Shown piece after piece: positions 19,777 to 29,693 of a DNA stretch of 64,000 nucleotides (the first letter of the stretch is position 1; the number at the start of each line of letters is the position of its first letter). The position numbers were made by a program, and so were the translations under genes. The DNA is from an archaeon (GTDB taxonomy: Archaea; Thermoproteota; Nitrososphaeria; Conexivisphaerales; UBA164): contig JAJYTP010000004.1 of the NCBI GenBank assembly GCA_021792955.1, forward strand, positions 13,951-77,950. Reading direction: 5' to 3'. The notes under the pieces were generated by a model. That model searched no databases, was not told where the DNA came from, and saw nothing but the letters and a program-made list of their open reading frames with translations.

Positions 19777-20703
19777 ATGGTAAAGGTTGGGCTTATAGGC
19801 GCTGGCGGCTGGGGTAAAAATCATGCGCGTACGCTCTACGAACTGGGCGCACTGTATGGAGTTTATGATATTGATGATGAACGAAGAGAGGAGTTTGCGA
19901 AAAAATATCAGGTAAGGTCGTTTAATACGCTTGACGAACTCGTTTCTAGCGATATTGATGGAGCTGTAGTGGCCACCCCTACGGCCACCCATGTGGACAT
20001 TTTAATGAAGCTTGTCGAGTCGGGAAAGAATGTACTGGTGGAGAAGCCCTTTGTAGCCGCATATAAGGACGGGGCCGTCATACTTGACAGGCTGAGCGCC
20101 GGGAAGGGGTTCGTTGGTGTAGGGTATATTGAAAGGTTTAACCCAGCCGTTGGATACGTTAAAGAGGCGATAGATTCCAAACGGCTGGGAAAGCTCATCC
20201 TGCTGGAATTTCACCGGGAGGGCAGGTGGCCCAACCGCATCGGGGACGTTGGCGTAGTGCTTGATACCATGGTCCACGATATCGACACAAGCAGGTACCT
20301 TACTGGAATGCATCCGTCAACTGCATTCGCGCGGGTTTCAAAGGTTAGGAATAACGTGGAGGACCTGGCGGTGCTCCTGTTAAACTTCAGCGAAGGGGTC
20401 ACCGCTTCAATGGTTGCCAACTGGATAACTCCAAAAAAGGATAGGAGGTTATCGGCGGTATTTGAAGAGGGGATCATCCAGATCAATTTTATCACACAGG
20501 AAATCAGGGTTGATACAGAATCGGAGACGGTGATCCCACGCCTTCAGACCAAGGAGCCACTGATGCTGGAGGACCAGGCATTTATAGATTCGATCTTGGG
20601 TAAAAGGAAGTTCCCTGTACAGGCTAAGGATGCGATTGAGAACAACCGTATCGCAGAGGCCGCCCTCCTTTCTGCCGAAAAAGGGATACCCGTATTCATT
20701 TAA
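19777..20703 (+). CDS. Gfo/Idh/MocA oxidoreductase (nucleotide-sugar 3-dehydrogenase-like)
   Basis: GAGGWG, ATPT..H, VEKP, GYIERFNPA and DTMVHDID motifs. Confidence 0.9.
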   Translation: MVKVGLIGAGGWGKNHARTLYELGALYGVYDIDDERREEFAKKYQVRSFNTLDELVSSDIDGAVVATPTATHVDILMKLVESGKNVLVEKPFVAAYKDGAVILDRLSAGKGFVGVGYIERFNPAVGYVKEAIDSKRLGKLILLEFHREGRWPNRIGDVGVVLDTMVHDIDTSRYLTGMHPSTAFARVSKVRNNVEDLAVLLLNFSEGVTASMVANWITPKKDRRLSAVFEEGIIQINFITQEIRVDTESETVIPRLQTKEPLMLEDQAFIDSILGKRKFPVQAKDAIENNRIAEAALLSAEKGIPVFI

Positions 20704-21055
20704 CCCCAAGATCCAGATACTTGGCACGGAAGCGCTGGACAGCATCGGATATCTGTCTGGGCTTAAGGTTGTTCTTTGCTCTGATCATCGAGTTGGACGC
20801 GTATCTCGCTCCGCAGCCTATGGCTATCATTTGATTCTTGTTCAACTCATTGTAAAGACGTCTCTTCAGCGTTGCCTTTTTCCTATCAAGGTTGGCCCAG
20901 GCGGAAGCCAAATTTCTCAATCTATCCTCAAGGGACGCCACTTCCTTCATCTCCTTATCTATTATGTCTTGTACATATCGTTCACTTAGGCGTTCTGGGG
21001 GTATATTTAGGGCTAACCCCTTCTTCAGCACGTCCGGCGGTAGCTTCCTTTCCAT
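20696..21055 (-). CDS. hypothetical coiled-coil protein, last gene of the peptide ABC operon
   Basis: 119-aa ORF 2 bp after the previous gene; heptad-like central region, basic C-terminus. Confidence 0.7.
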   Translation of the reverse strand: MERKLPPDVLKKGLALNIPPERLSERYVQDIIDKEMKEVASLEDRLRNLASAWANLDRKKATLKRRLYNELNKNQMIAIGCGARYASNSMIRAKNNLKPRQISDAVQRFRAKYLDLGVK

Positions 21056-21057
21056 CG

Positions 21058-21294
21058 CTATCCCAGTTTCTCCTCTTCGGCAGCCAATCCATCTAAAACC
21101 TGAACTACTATGGAACGCTCTTTCACTGCATTGCTAATGGCAAGTTCCAGCTCGTCTACTTCACGCTGCTCCACGGCCATATCCCTTGAGCTGAGCAACT
21201 CTAATTGTGTTATACAGCGTTCCCTGCGAGACCTTAATCCGCTAAGCTCATCCAGTAATCTCTCCAGTTCAGCATGGCCGTGCACATCGGTCAA
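21058..21294 (-). CDS. hypothetical acidic coiled-coil protein
   Basis: 78-aa ORF whose TTG overlaps the stop of the OppF-like gene; E/L-rich. Confidence 0.65.
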   Translation of the reverse strand: MTDVHGHAELERLLDELSGLRSRRERCITQLELLSSRDMAVEQREVDELELAISNAVKERSIVVQVLDGLAAEEEKLG

Positions 21295-22583
21295 GCCTTA
21301 ATATCATCCCCAGCGTACAGCAGGCATGAAACTTTCCGGCCATCATGATTATACATTTTGGGCACCTGGTACCCCTTGATCTTCAGCTCAATATTAGTTC
21401 CATGCCTTTCAAGGCCTTCAATAGCGGTCAGGCTTTTCATGTTGCCCTTCTCATCATTTATGATCCTTTCGAGCGTCATTTCGTCCCCCGCTGATGTGTT
21501 GTTGATCACGAGGTTACCGCCCGTACCTGTTGAGACAACCACTTTATCGTTAAATGAACCTGCGAACTTGTCGTTCACCAAATACTTCAGATCTGTTGCT
21601 ATTTCGTCAGCAGTCCATCCACATATCCCAAATGCCATGGGGCATCTGGGGTGAAAAACGCAGCCCTGTGGCGGATTGATCAGGTTCGGCGTATCGCCTT
21701 TCAGTATTATTCTATTGGGCTTGACCATTTTACCCGGCACGGCAGAAATCAGCGCAATTGTATACGGGTGGACTGGGTTCAATATGACGTCCTCCTTTGG
21801 ACCGCTTTCGACGATCTTCCCGGCATACATTACGTTGACCTGATCAGCCATATATGAGATCACGGCTATATTATGGGTTATTATGACCATCCCTATGTGG
21901 TATTTTTCCCTTATCTTGCGCAGTAACGACAGGATCTGGGCTTGTACAGAAACGTCGAGAGCGCTGGTTGGCTCGTCCAACACCAGAAACTTGGGGAGCG
22001 TAGCCATTCCCCTGGCCAGGGCAACCCTTTGCTTTTGGCCGCCAGAGAGCTCGTGCGGGTATCTGTATGCAAAGTCACTCGGCAATCCTACCTCCTCCAG
22101 CAGTTCCATGCATCTGTCGAACGCCTTATCAGGTTTCATATAATTCATGGCCAGCAGAGGCTCTGTTATGATACTCAGGACGTTCATGCGCGGATCCAAT
22201 GAAGAATAGGGGTCCTGAAATACCATGTTCATGCCGCTTCTGATTTTCTTCAATTTTTCCCCTTTTTTCTTGAAGATCGAGTATTCCATCTCTATGCTGG
22301 CTGCGCCCTTGGCATCGCCATCCCTGAGGAAACCGTCGTATTCCTTGAGGACGTCATCAGGAATATCAAAAAATACGGTCCCTGCAGATGGGTTTAACAG
22401 CCCCAGAAGCGTTCTGCCCAATGTGCTTTTGCCGGAGCCGCTCTCTCCAACTACGCCCACTATCTGCCCTTCTTCGACCTGAATATCAACGCTATCAACG
22501 GCCCTGAGCCTTAATGGTTTGCCGAATGCACTGTTAGCCTTGATCTCAAACTCCTTTGTCAACCTCCTGGCTGCTATTATCAA
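21291..22583 (-). CDS. oligopeptide/dipeptide ABC ATPase (OppF/DppF-like) with insertions
   Basis: GESGSGKS, FQDP, LSGGQ, LDEPT, HPYT and GCVFHPRC motifs. Confidence 0.92.
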   Translation of the reverse strand: MIIAARRLTKEFEIKANSAFGKPLRLRAVDSVDIQVEEGQIVGVVGESGSGKSTLGRTLLGLLNPSAGTVFFDIPDDVLKEYDGFLRDGDAKGAASIEMEYSIFKKKGEKLKKIRSGMNMVFQDPYSSLDPRMNVLSIITEPLLAMNYMKPDKAFDRCMELLEEVGLPSDFAYRYPHELSGGQKQRVALARGMATLPKFLVLDEPTSALDVSVQAQILSLLRKIREKYHIGMVIITHNIAVISYMADQVNVMYAGKIVESGPKEDVILNPVHPYTIALISAVPGKMVKPNRIILKGDTPNLINPPQGCVFHPRCPMAFGICGWTADEIATDLKYLVNDKFAGSFNDKVVVSTGTGGNLVINNTSAGDEMTLERIINDEKGNMKSLTAIEGLERHGTNIELKIKGYQVPKMYNHDGRKVSCLLYAGDDIKA

Positions 22584-23950
22584 TTTTGTTCCCCCTTTTG
22601 CCCTTCATAGAGGTAGCACGCCACGAGATGCTCATCTTCAAGATCTTTCATCTGCGGATTGTTTTCACGGCATTTATCCATTACATATGGGCACCTAGGG
22701 TGAAACATGCAGCCGCTGGGCGGAAACCTCATATCCGGTACCGCCCCACCTATACCCTGTATCTCCCCTCCCTTTATGGTTGGCACGGCCGATATTAGCA
22801 TGGTAGTGTAAGGATGAAGAGGCTTATTGAAGATAGCATCTACAGTAGCCACCTCAACTATCCTGCCAGCATACATGATGCCTATCCTGTCGCACACTTC
22901 GGCTAGCACGGAGAGATCGTGCGATATCAAAATGAATGATGTGTTAAAGCGTTGTTTTAGATGCTTTAAAAGATCCAGGATTTGAGCCTGTACCGTAACA
23001 TCCAGCGCGCTGGTTGGCTCGTCCATTATGACTAATTCCGGGTTGTTGGCTAGTGCTATAGCTATTATTATCCTCTGCCTCATTCCGCCGGAGAGCTCAT
23101 GAGGATACATCTTTACCACCTCTTCCGGATTTGGAATTTCTAGTGATGATAGAAGCTCGACGGCCTTCGCGTTGCCCTCTTTAATGAGGACAGCCTTTGA
23201 CATCCTGTTTAGCCCTGGGATCCTCATCCACCCACCTATGCCACCCTGATTGACCACTCTCTCAAGTACGGCCATATCAAATCCACCAAGTCTTTCCGAA
23301 CGAAGGGAGAGGATCATCTTCTCCTTCCTAGCTATGCCAAGGTCGTTTCTCCTCCAGATGTTGAGCAGTTGTTCCTCGATTCCCTCCAGTTGTCTGGTTT
23401 CAGCGAAGGCCTTGATTGATTGTTCATCTGCGCCATTCTCCAGTAGCTTAAGCGCCTCCCTTAAATCACTGTCATTAACCTTCGACCTTGCCAGCCTTCT
23501 CTTGGCGAGAACCTCCGGCTGGTGCACCATCAAGGTCTCTGCTATCTGATAACCTATACGTAGGACCGGGTTCAGGCTCGTCATAGGATCTTGGAAGACC
23601 ATAGATATCCTACTGCCGCGTACGTTTATGAGCTGTTTATTCAATTTCTTCATCATATTTTCACTGTGCCTCAGATTGAGATTGTTAGCCTCCTTGGAAG
23701 CGAATTCCCTCAGAGTGGCTATCAGGTCCTTGCCATCCAGTAGTATTTCCCCATCGGTGACCACAGCGTTCCTTGGCAGAAGGCCTATGATGGTCAGGCC
23801 AAGGGTGGTCTTACCACATCCGCTCTCTCCGGCGATGCCCAGAATCTCGCCCTTCCTCAGTAAAATGTCCACGCCGTTCAGGGCCTTATATATGCCCCTC
23901 CTGGTGTAGAATTGTTCCTTTAAATTTGAAACGTTAAGTGTATACTCCAA
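22580..23950 (-). CDS. oligopeptide/dipeptide ABC ATPase (OppD/DppD-like) with large insertion
   Basis: GESGCGKT, FQDPMTSLNP, LSGGMRQR, MDEPT and GCMFHPRC motifs. Confidence 0.92.
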   Translation of the reverse strand: MEYTLNVSNLKEQFYTRRGIYKALNGVDILLRKGEILGIAGESGCGKTTLGLTIIGLLPRNAVVTDGEILLDGKDLIATLREFASKEANNLNLRHSENMMKKLNKQLINVRGSRISMVFQDPMTSLNPVLRIGYQIAETLMVHQPEVLAKRRLARSKVNDSDLREALKLLENGADEQSIKAFAETRQLEGIEEQLLNIWRRNDLGIARKEKMILSLRSERLGGFDMAVLERVVNQGGIGGWMRIPGLNRMSKAVLIKEGNAKAVELLSSLEIPNPEEVVKMYPHELSGGMRQRIIIAIALANNPELVIMDEPTSALDVTVQAQILDLLKHLKQRFNTSFILISHDLSVLAEVCDRIGIMYAGRIVEVATVDAIFNKPLHPYTTMLISAVPTIKGGEIQGIGGAVPDMRFPPSGCMFHPRCPYVMDKCRENNPQMKDLEDEHLVACYLYEGQKGEQN

Positions 23951-23951
23951 A

Positions 23952-24836
23952 TTAGCTCCTCCGCCTCGGGTCGATCACATCCCTCAGACCGTCACCAAGC
24001 AAGTTTACAGCCAAGGCAAACACCGTGATGGCCACCCCCGGAAAGATGACGGCCCATGGAGCCGTTTGAACGTAATTAAGGCCCAGGCTAGTTAAATAGC
24101 CCAACTCGGGTACCTTCGCGTTTGCTATAAATCCGATAAACGCTAGCGTGGAGAATATCACCATTATCGATCCTAGATCCAGTGAAATCTGGATGAACAC
24201 TGGAGGCAGAGCGTTTGGTAATATGTGTCTGAACATTATCCTAGTCCTGCTTACTCCTGAGGCTCTTGCGGCCTCTACGTAGGTGAACTCCTTTGTCGAC
24301 AGCGTCTGGCTCCTAGTATACCTTGCATACAGCGGCCACCAGACCAGCGCTAGCGCGAGAGACATATACATCAAGCTCCTGCCCAGGATGAATCCTATTG
24401 CTAGGGCGAGTATTAGGTAAGGTATGCTGAAGAATATATCGGTTATCCTCATCACTGTTTCGTCCAACAGGCCCCCGACAGTCGCTGAAATTACACCTAT
24501 TACGGCGCCGGCAACCGAGCCCACAGCTACCACCAGTATGGAATAAAACAGATCTATCCTTATCGCCTTCAGTATGCTGGTGTACAGGTCAACGCCTGGG
24601 AAGGTCGTACCGAATGGGTGTGCCCATGATGGCGGTAAGGGTACCGGGTTTGTGAAATTTGGCACAAGCGTATTTACCTGTGTGATGCCCAGAAGGCCAG
24701 GGTCGAACTGCATTATCAGCGCATCTGCCACATAGATGAGCACTATTATCAGGCCAACTAGGGCAGTCCTGTTCGCAAGGAAGACCCTGATCGACAGTTT
24801 TGTGTTATCCCATCTTTTAGCCCTTTCTTGATTCAA
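23952..24836 (-). CDS. peptide ABC permease (OppC/DppC-like)
   Basis: HPFGT, EAARASG...HILPN EAA loop, multiple TM segments. Confidence 0.92.
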   Translation of the reverse strand: MNQERAKRWDNTKLSIRVFLANRTALVGLIIVLIYVADALIMQFDPGLLGITQVNTLVPNFTNPVPLPPSWAHPFGTTFPGVDLYTSILKAIRIDLFYSILVVAVGSVAGAVIGVISATVGGLLDETVMRITDIFFSIPYLILALAIGFILGRSLMYMSLALALVWWPLYARYTRSQTLSTKEFTYVEAARASGVSRTRIMFRHILPNALPPVFIQISLDLGSIMVIFSTLAFIGFIANAKVPELGYLTSLGLNYVQTAPWAVIFPGVAITVFALAVNLLGDGLRDVIDPRRRS

Positions 24837-24847
24837 TTTTCAATACC

Positions 24848-25903
24848 TCAATATCTTATCCTCGGATCCACGAACGCGTATATGAGATCAACCAAAAGGT
24901 TGGCCACTACCAGTATCAATCCAAAGAGAAGCGTAGCAGCCATGATCCCCCCAACATCGCTATCCAATAGCGCTTGCGTAGTCCAGTACCCTATTCCGGG
25001 ATAATTGAATATGGTCTCTACAACCACCGCACCTCCAAGGAGTCCCGCCACCGTCAGGCCAAAAAGGGTTATCACGGGCAACAGGGCGTTCTTGCGCGCG
25101 TGCAGGTTATATACGATTCTCTCCGACAGTCCCTTCGACCTGGCAAGCCTGATGTAGTCCTGATCAAGCACTTCCAGCATAGAGGACCTAAGTATCCTGA
25201 TGAGGCCTGCCACTATAGCTAACGCAAGCGTAATGGCCGGTAGAAGCAGGTGTATTACTGCGTTAAGGGCTATCCCCCAAGCGCCATGCAACATTGCATC
25301 GATTATGATTATGTGGGTGGGATAGGATATCCCGTTGACATACCAGGAAAGGCCGGAAACCATCGTGGGCGATACCACGCCCGAGATCGGTAACACCTTC
25401 AGATAGACCCCCAGCACTATTATAAGGGCGACGCCTATCAAATATATAGGCATGGCGTAAAGGGTAAACGAGCCAACCCTGAGAGCATGATCGCTAACTG
25501 AATCCCTGTTTACCGCAGAATAAACCCCAAAGCGTACGCCTATGATCCATATCAGTATAGCCGCTACCGCAGACAGCATCAGGGTATTGGGGAGAAACAG
25601 GGCGATGGCCGTAGTAACAGGACCGCTGTAGATAGCTGTGTTGGTATATCCCCAATTTCCATGCAATATAGCGTTAAGCCAGTAAAAGTACTGAACGTAT
25701 ATCGGCTGGTTAAGATGGAAGCGTGCAATGAGCGCCTGAGTTGCAATGGCCCTTGCTGCGCCAGTAAGCTTAGGGCTCAAATATTCAGCCAGGATGACGT
25801 TGTTCCCGCTGACGTGTGAAAGGATGAAAACGATCAAAGTTAATCCTAGGAGCGTGGGTATGAGCAACAACAACCTTCTGATCGTGTAGGCCCATAGGTT
25901 CAT
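24848..25903 (-). CDS. peptide ABC permease (OppB/DppB-like)
   Basis: RSSMLEVL..DYIRLARSKG, ETIFNYPGIG and DPRIRY motifs. Confidence 0.92.
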   Translation of the reverse strand: MNLWAYTIRRLLLLIPTLLGLTLIVFILSHVSGNNVILAEYLSPKLTGAARAIATQALIARFHLNQPIYVQYFYWLNAILHGNWGYTNTAIYSGPVTTAIALFLPNTLMLSAVAAILIWIIGVRFGVYSAVNRDSVSDHALRVGSFTLYAMPIYLIGVALIIVLGVYLKVLPISGVVSPTMVSGLSWYVNGISYPTHIIIIDAMLHGAWGIALNAVIHLLLPAITLALAIVAGLIRILRSSMLEVLDQDYIRLARSKGLSERIVYNLHARKNALLPVITLFGLTVAGLLGGAVVVETIFNYPGIGYWTTQALLDSDVGGIMAATLLFGLILVVANLLVDLIYAFVDPRIRY

Positions 25904-25941
25904 GTATAATCATCTAAAAAAAGGTGAAGTGGGTATGCAGT

Positions 25942-28539
25942 TTATCCCTTTACCCACCAATAGAAGAGCGAATCATCGGCTCCGCCAAACATCACATTCT
26001 CCTGGTACTGAATGTTGTTATGATAACCACTCATGTATGGTTTGATTATCCAGAAGTTGTTTTCCTGCAGTGTATATACATACATGTACAGGTTGATCCC
26101 TATCTGTTCAGCCTGCTTGTAATCCTGCGCCGCCAGCGTGCTGTTCGTTGTTGAATCAGCCTGAAGGATCAGGTTATTCATCTCCTGGAACTGAGTGGCT
26201 GTAGCGTTACCCATGGTTGCGTTGACATACGCCGTCGTCCAGCCATTAGCAACTGGATAGGATCCTCCCTGCAGATACATCGAATTTACGTAGTCGCTTG
26301 GGTAGGGGTAATCCGGTGACCATCCAATTCCATCTATGATCGGATCTGGGTTCCCGCCTGGCACAAGATATCCTATTATGGTGTTGAAGTTCTGATAAAC
26401 CGGTGAGGCTTCGATGTTGGGGTCCATTTGATGTAATGCCGCCGCCCACATCTCCATGGCCGCGTATTCCACTGGCAGACCTGTAGGAACCACTAGCGGT
26501 ATGTTAACTGAGATATTATATTCTCCGGATTCCTTCATCAATTGCGTGGCGTAGCTCAGATTATATGTTGGTATGCCCGTAAGCTGGCTCGGCGGCACGT
26601 AATCGGTCATTCCCTTTGGTATCATCCCTGCATAGTTGAATCCGAAGTTAGCGCCGTATACATCGTTGCCAACAAGCTCATCAATGTAGTTCGTATAGTT
26701 GAAGGCGTAGGCGAATGCTTCCCTCACCAGGGTATTTGCAAAGTAATCGGATGGTATGTTATAATTGGAACCAAACACTGATTTCATTAATGAAATTGAA
26801 GTGTTCAGGTTGAACTGAGCCCAGAATATACCTATAGTCGGGAAGGAATACAGAAGTGCAGAACCACTGGCTACCTGCTGTTTGATGAGGGGCATATAGG
26901 TGGATGGCAGATAAGTAACTATATCCGCCTGGCCACCTGTGAACAGGTTGTATGCGGTCTCAGGATCCTTAACCCATTCTATAACCACAGTATCTGTTGG
27001 CGCTGGTATATTTGGCACACCCGGGAAGCCGGGGTTGGGCTTTAACACTATGGATTGGCCTGGCACATAGCTCTGTATCTGATATGGACCTGAAGCTACC
27101 GGACTATACTGTACTTGGGTGTTATAGTTGCCTTCATTGCCCTGGTTTTGATAAGCGTAGAAGCCTGCTGGAGTGAAAGTTATGCCGGCGCCGACGCTCT
27201 GCAGCCAGCCCGCGTCAAGCACGCCGCCTCCTTCAGGATCGGCCAACGCAGTGAAGAACAGGCTGGGAGCAGTTGGAGTAACTAGGTGGAATGTGACCGT
27301 GTCCGTAGCATTGTTATAAGTTACCGCATTCATTATGGCATTAAAATCCGCTGTATCGTTTGCGCTTTGCATTATGGGTACAAAAACTGTCAAATTAGGT
27401 ATAATATACTGAGCTAGTATCCAATCTGGGGTAAGTGGGCTTCCACCCTCAAACAGCATAGCCCTTATAGCGGAATACCAAACGTCATATGCCGTTATCG
27501 GATCGCCATTGGAGAACTTCATGCCACTCCTTATCGTAAATGTATAAGCTGTGTAGTTGGCGTTAATTCCTCCGTTCTGTACTGTAGGTATGCTCGCTGC
27601 CAACATGGGTAGGAACTGTGATGTGTTAGATCCATTATAGACAAGCAGGGTCCCTAGGATGTTCTGTATGGTTTCAAGGCCGGTCGCCTCATAGTCCACC
27701 TGCGGGTCAAATGAATATGGCCCACCAGGCGTATTTACCACCTCCGTTATCACGGATGGGTTGGGTACATTTCCGGTATATTCATAGAGTGTATAGGGCT
27801 GGGTTACCGTGCTAACTGCAACGGTCTGTCCAACAGTGAAACTATACTCCTGACCGCTTGTTGTATTTTCAGTGACCAATGTCAGGCTTACCGGATAGAG
27901 ACCAGCACTGGTGTATGTTACGCTGACAGGGTTGGTTACCGGCTCGTAAGTCGTGCTGTTTGCCATGATTGTTTGGGTCTGTCCATTACCGAAGTTCCAG
28001 GTATATTCATAGATCTCCATACTGTTGCCTGCAGGCGCTTCAAGGAAGCCCCCGCTAAGGATCACCGGTGTGTTGGCTGTAACTACGGGCGCCGTGGGAT
28101 CAATGGTCGTGTTAAAGGATATGGTTGGAATTGATATCAATGGCGCCATGGAATCGTTTACTACAGGTGTTATCTGGACTACCCTCGTCGCGTTATTAGT
28201 TGAAGATACAACCTGACCGTTGAGGGTTTCCTGAGCCGCCACCAAGTATGTACCTGGGTTAGCATAGGCATGAGTTACGCTAGCCGCGCTCGCATATTGA
28301 CCATCGCCGAACGAGACATTGAGAGCGGCTCCCGATGCCTGCCCGTATACAGTGAACGTTATTCCTTCGCCCTGAGCCGCCGTCAAAGAAGTTGGTGCGA
28401 GTGAAATCTGGCTTATGGTAACTTTCTGTGAAGTGTACAGGTAGTAACCCGCTCCCGCGGCCACAACCAGTATTACTATAATTATGCCGACTATTGCTGC
28501 TCTTGCTATAGCTTTATTTACATGCTTTCTAAATAACAT
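25942..28539 (-). CDS. family 5 ABC substrate-binding protein with N-terminal anchor and two PKD domains
   Basis: N-terminal TM, FGDG..THAYANPGTY and WNFGNG..YTSAGLY PKD motifs, FDP, FSNGDPITAYDV, VREAFAYAFN. Confidence 0.88.
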   Translation of the reverse strand: MLFRKHVNKAIARAAIVGIIIVILVVAAGAGYYLYTSQKVTISQISLAPTSLTAAQGEGITFTVYGQASGAALNVSFGDGQYASAASVTHAYANPGTYLVAAQETLNGQVVSSTNNATRVVQITPVVNDSMAPLISIPTISFNTTIDPTAPVVTANTPVILSGGFLEAPAGNSMEIYEYTWNFGNGQTQTIMANSTTYEPVTNPVSVTYTSAGLYPVSLTLVTENTTSGQEYSFTVGQTVAVSTVTQPYTLYEYTGNVPNPSVITEVVNTPGGPYSFDPQVDYEATGLETIQNILGTLLVYNGSNTSQFLPMLAASIPTVQNGGINANYTAYTFTIRSGMKFSNGDPITAYDVWYSAIRAMLFEGGSPLTPDWILAQYIIPNLTVFVPIMQSANDTADFNAIMNAVTYNNATDTVTFHLVTPTAPSLFFTALADPEGGGVLDAGWLQSVGAGITFTPAGFYAYQNQGNEGNYNTQVQYSPVASGPYQIQSYVPGQSIVLKPNPGFPGVPNIPAPTDTVVIEWVKDPETAYNLFTGGQADIVTYLPSTYMPLIKQQVASGSALLYSFPTIGIFWAQFNLNTSISLMKSVFGSNYNIPSDYFANTLVREAFAYAFNYTNYIDELVGNDVYGANFGFNYAGMIPKGMTDYVPPSQLTGIPTYNLSYATQLMKESGEYNISVNIPLVVPTGLPVEYAAMEMWAAALHQMDPNIEASPVYQNFNTIIGYLVPGGNPDPIIDGIGWSPDYPYPSDYVNSMYLQGGSYPVANGWTTAYVNATMGNATATQFQEMNNLILQADSTTNSTLAAQDYKQAEQIGINLYMYVYTLQENNFWIIKPYMSGYHNNIQYQENVMFGGADDSLFYWWVKG

Positions 28540-28676
28540 GTAACCATGATTGTTTATAGCCTACTATAAAAGTTTTTTGGAAGCGATCTGGTATTTGACC
28601 GCGTAAATACATCACAAGTAAGGTTGGGCTCAGCTCTCAAGATCCAGACCATAAGTTGGTCGCGGTATATATTTCT

Positions 28677-29165
28677 TCATAGCCCGACTTGCACCTGACC
28701 GCTCCCTTTATTGCCAGCGCGGTCCATTATCCCCTCCTTGATCTTAGTGGACGAGATCCGCTGGCCATCATATGCGTGAATAAATGGTATTACGTAGATC
28801 AGCACTTCACTCAAACCATTTCTTTTCCTTATTTCATTGGCTTCCATGGCCCTAGCCATGGTATCCGTAGTTACTACGACATAATTTACATCATTATTCA
28901 GGAGAGGCCCATATGGATCCTCAAGCTTGACAAGCGTGTACTCCTTCCCCAGCCCGTCCACGAACGCCTTAACCCTGCGTTCCCGTTCTTGAAAACTTGA
29001 AATGGGGCTCTTGCCGAGCTTTCTAGCCAGTTCGTCCGATGTAATCCCGACGTATATGTAGTCCCCTATTTCAAATGCCTTCGATAACAATGCTTCGTGC
29101 CCCTTATGAAGTACTTCAAACGTACCTCCTACGGCCACCGTGAGTTTTCTAGCCACGGATACCAT
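28677..29165 (-). CDS. coaD: phosphopantetheine adenylyltransferase
   Basis: VGGTFEVLHKGH, GITSD, LEDPYGP and ISSTKI motifs. Confidence 0.88.
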   Translation of the reverse strand: MVSVARKLTVAVGGTFEVLHKGHEALLSKAFEIGDYIYVGITSDELARKLGKSPISSFQERERRVKAFVDGLGKEYTLVKLEDPYGPLLNNDVNYVVVTTDTMARAMEANEIRKRNGLSEVLIYVIPFIHAYDGQRISSTKIKEGIMDRAGNKGSGQVQVGL

Positions 29166-29290
29166 TAATTATTAATTGTAAAAAGTTTTCTATGAGATTG
29201 CCATATCCAGCTATGGAAAACCGCTTAGATCGCATTACGCAGATAATTATAGGCAACCTTTAAACCTAGGACGATGACATTGGGGATGAT

Positions 29291-29671
29291 TTGGGTAAAT
29301 TGCTGACAACGGTGAAAGTTACTGGGGATGTTAGGAGTGGAATTATGGACTATGCGAGGGACAAATATCCTAATGAAATGATTCTGCTGTTACGTGGTAG
29401 GCTGGACGGCGGTGTTGCATACGTAGAATCGCTGGTAATTCCACCCTTTGCCGCCGGCAGCAGGACAAGGTCACTTTTTAATCAATGGGCGCTTCCACCT
29501 GACCCCACTTTAATAGGCACCGTTCATTCCCATCCCTCTGGCATAGCCCGTCCTTCAACCGCCGACCTGCTGTATTCTTATGGGGCTGTAATCATGATAC
29601 TGGGCTTCCCGGCTGACCTCAAAGCGTTCGATAGGAATGGAAAATATCTAGAGGTGGTGATAGAGGGGTGA
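29291..29671 (+). CDS. JAMM/MPN+ metalloprotease
   Basis: PNE...HSHPSGIARPSTAD (E-x-HxH-x7-S-x2-D). Confidence 0.88.
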   Translation: MGKLLTTVKVTGDVRSGIMDYARDKYPNEMILLLRGRLDGGVAYVESLVIPPFAAGSRTRSLFNQWALPPDPTLIGTVHSHPSGIARPSTADLLYSYGAVIMILGFPADLKAFDRNGKYLEVVIEG

Positions 29672-29693
29672 TGGTCTTGTATGTGAAAATTGG

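Noticed and set aside
8495-29671. Ubiquitin-like modification operon (ThiF-family E1 and JAMM, with the proteasome gene upstream at 5876)
   Set aside because: The genes are scattered and no SAMP/ubiquitin, E2 or E3 gene is adjacent
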